Virus record (IMG/VR): IMGVR_UViG_3300046837_000072
Location: 1 to 44,037 of that record
Source: a virus
Taxonomy: Duplodnaviria > Caudoviricetes
DNA length: 44,037 nucleotides
Reading direction: 5' to 3' (one strand)
Position numbers and translations under genes: made by a program. Below the pieces are notes generated by a model. That model made no database searches and was not told the DNA's origin. It saw only the letters and a program-made list of their open reading frames with translations. The first letter of the stretch is position 1; each line of letters starts with the position of its first letter. Positions 42,811 to 44,037 of this stretch are shown here, piece by piece.

Positions 42811-44037
42811 CTAACGTTTATACCTACCACGAGAGTACAGGAACGATGCGCTGAGGACTTGGAGAGGCTTCGTGGTTGTTCCGACGACTCTCAGTTTCAG
42901 CAACTTGAACTTGACTGGAGAGCCCCACAGTCTAGGATCATCTCCACGCCTGCCTCCGCCCATCGGCCCATCATTGTAACCTGCGCCAAGCGTTCCGCCT
43001 CCAATGAATTTCATCGACAGCGCAGGACCAAACCGCACAATGCCGGTATCGTCCTTATACAACCCATCCACATACGCCTCTACTGTGTACTCGGCCGAAC
43101 CCACTGTTCCGATACTAATGAACCGCAACTGTTTGGACTTCATCGGGTCTTTGCCCGAGAGCCACGGTAACTCCATTTCGAACTGGATCGGAATGCCATT
43201 GTATACCGTCCAATAAGCAGGGAATGCAGCAACGTCAGCCGCCATCGTAGTTGTGCCGCTTGTATGTGCCTGCATGCATGTGTACGAGATGTTATTGACA
43301 GTATCTCGAATGATCTTATTGACTGCATACGCTGTGCTGGGTGCCCAATTAGCATCTCTGTCATTCATGCGATCCGCGTTCCAGTTCTCTCCCAGGAACA
43401 CAGGATTGCCATGCTGGAATATTCGCATACCAGCACCGTAAAACACACGTCCAAGGAACGTAGTGCATGCACACGTCCACAGCGTCGGAAAGTCGTACTC
43501 GGACCACGAACTATAGTGTAGGTTCTCGCTCCCGGTATGCACAAAAGCACGTCCAGACGGATTGAACAAAATCGTATCATGCCACAGCGGATCATGGATC
43601 AGGAAGCAGTTGTTCTGCTGCTGCGCATCCGTCAGATTACCTGTTACGTTTCGGTAAAATGGCTCAATACGGTCACTGACATGATCGCTGGTAACGTTGC
43701 CACTGAACAGATTACGTTTCGCATCACTGAACCCATCGAGGCCAGTAAAGATCATGTCGTGTTCAACTTGAGTCACACAGCGATGACCCAAAAGACCGAA
43801 TTTCGGTAGCGTATCAGGAAACTGTGGCTTGTGAGTGCCTCCCGAATCGTAATTCCCAAGCAGAACAAGCAGCGTTTGACCCTGAAAGAATATGAGCAGA
43901 TAGCTACGAAAACCAGCAAGACCGCGAATGGCAGCGGCACCTTGCGGCGAGTACGCTCCCACGTCAATAGAAATCGAGTCGTTCGGCACCGGATCGCCAG
44001 GAAACACACCAGAAGTGCCCACTGCCGATATGTAGAT
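42811..44037 (-). CDS. 3' part of the tail nozzle-like gene (starts at 718 across the junction)
   Basis: Open frame through the window end. It includes a CBM5/12-like insert WAPSTAYAVN..YTCMQAHTS..YWT. Confidence 0.75.
   Translation of the reverse strand: MYISAVGTSGVFPGDPVPNDSISIDVGAYSPQGAAAIRGLAGFRSYLLIFFQGQTLLVLLGNYDSGGTHKPQFPDTLPKFGLLGHRCVTQVEHDMIFTGLDGFSDAKRNLFSGNVTSDHVSDRIEPFYRNVTGNLTDAQQQNNCFLIHDPLWHDTILFNPSGRAFVHTGSENLHYSSWSEYDFPTLWTCACTTFLGRVFYGAGMRIFQHGNPVFLGENWNADRMNDRDANWAPSTAYAVNKIIRDTVNNISYTCMQAHTSGTTTMAADVAAFPAYWTVYNGIPIQFEMELPWLSGKDPMKSKQLRFISIGTVGSAEYTVEAYVDGLYKDDTGIVRFGPALSMKFIGGGTLGAGYNDGPMGGGRRGDDPRLWGSPVKFKLLKLRVVGTTTKPLQVLSASFLYSRGRYKR

Larger units (their letters stand above)
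743..43779. repeat. Dispersed 15-bp palindrome, motif A, consensus TGT(T/G)TGASTCA(A/C)ACA
   Basis: Copies start at 743, 1486, 2658, 3655, 4595, 5664, 6321, 7163, 7394, 8261, 8925, 10127, 11041, 11425, 11501, 11774, 12108, 12404, 14528, 14846, 14994, 15425, 15594, 16309, 17289, 17898, 19340, 20145, 20746, 21471, 22428, 23970, 25945, 27274, 29055, 30469, 32945, 34418, 36051, 36795, 39183, 40935, 42772, 43765. Weaker copies are at 12667, 22795, 23043, 29666. Confidence 0.97.

Noticed and set aside
743-43779. Motif A as a CRISPR array with the Cas4-like gene
   Set aside because: Copies are 15 bp, dispersed and separated by whole genes rather than uniform spacers. No cas1/cas2 is present, and solo Cas4-like nucleases are common in phages.
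43911-44037. 127-bp terminal repeat as a biological direct terminal repeat
   Set aside because: It falls mid-gene, and 127 is a common assembler k-mer length. It is best explained as circular overlap.

Overview
The window is an apparently complete, circularly assembled dsDNA phage genome. It is 43,910 bp long, and bases 43911-44037 repeat bases 1-127. The gene set is podovirus-like. A minus-strand virion arm encodes terminase, portal, scaffold, capsid, adaptor, nozzle, tail fibre and internal/ejection proteins, including a 2140-aa protein with two cell-wall hydrolase-like domains. A plus-strand early/replication arm encodes small ORFs, a VPLPA-CTERM surface protein, an Acb2/Tad1-like protein, a Cas4-like nuclease, a Sak4-like ATPase, an SSB-like protein, a RecD-like helicase and a UDG-PolA fusion. 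The arms diverge from a control region at about 11.06-12.95 kb and converge at about 29.39 kb. Promoter shape (CTTGAC-N17/18-CTATA), GAAC-N7-GAAC boxes, RegR/PrrA-like boxes and the VPLPA-CTERM tail suggest an alphaproteobacterial host (inference). The most striking unexplained signal is a 15-bp palindrome, TGTTTGASTCAAACA, centred on a GANTC site. I found about 48 copies by eye (weak ones included) across the whole genome, between and inside genes. It is often paired with a second conserved hairpin, TCCTCGC-GAAG-GCGGGGA. I recognised no integrase, primase, RNA polymerase, CI-type repressor or stand-alone endolysin. All product calls come from motif recognition and gene order; no database search was run.
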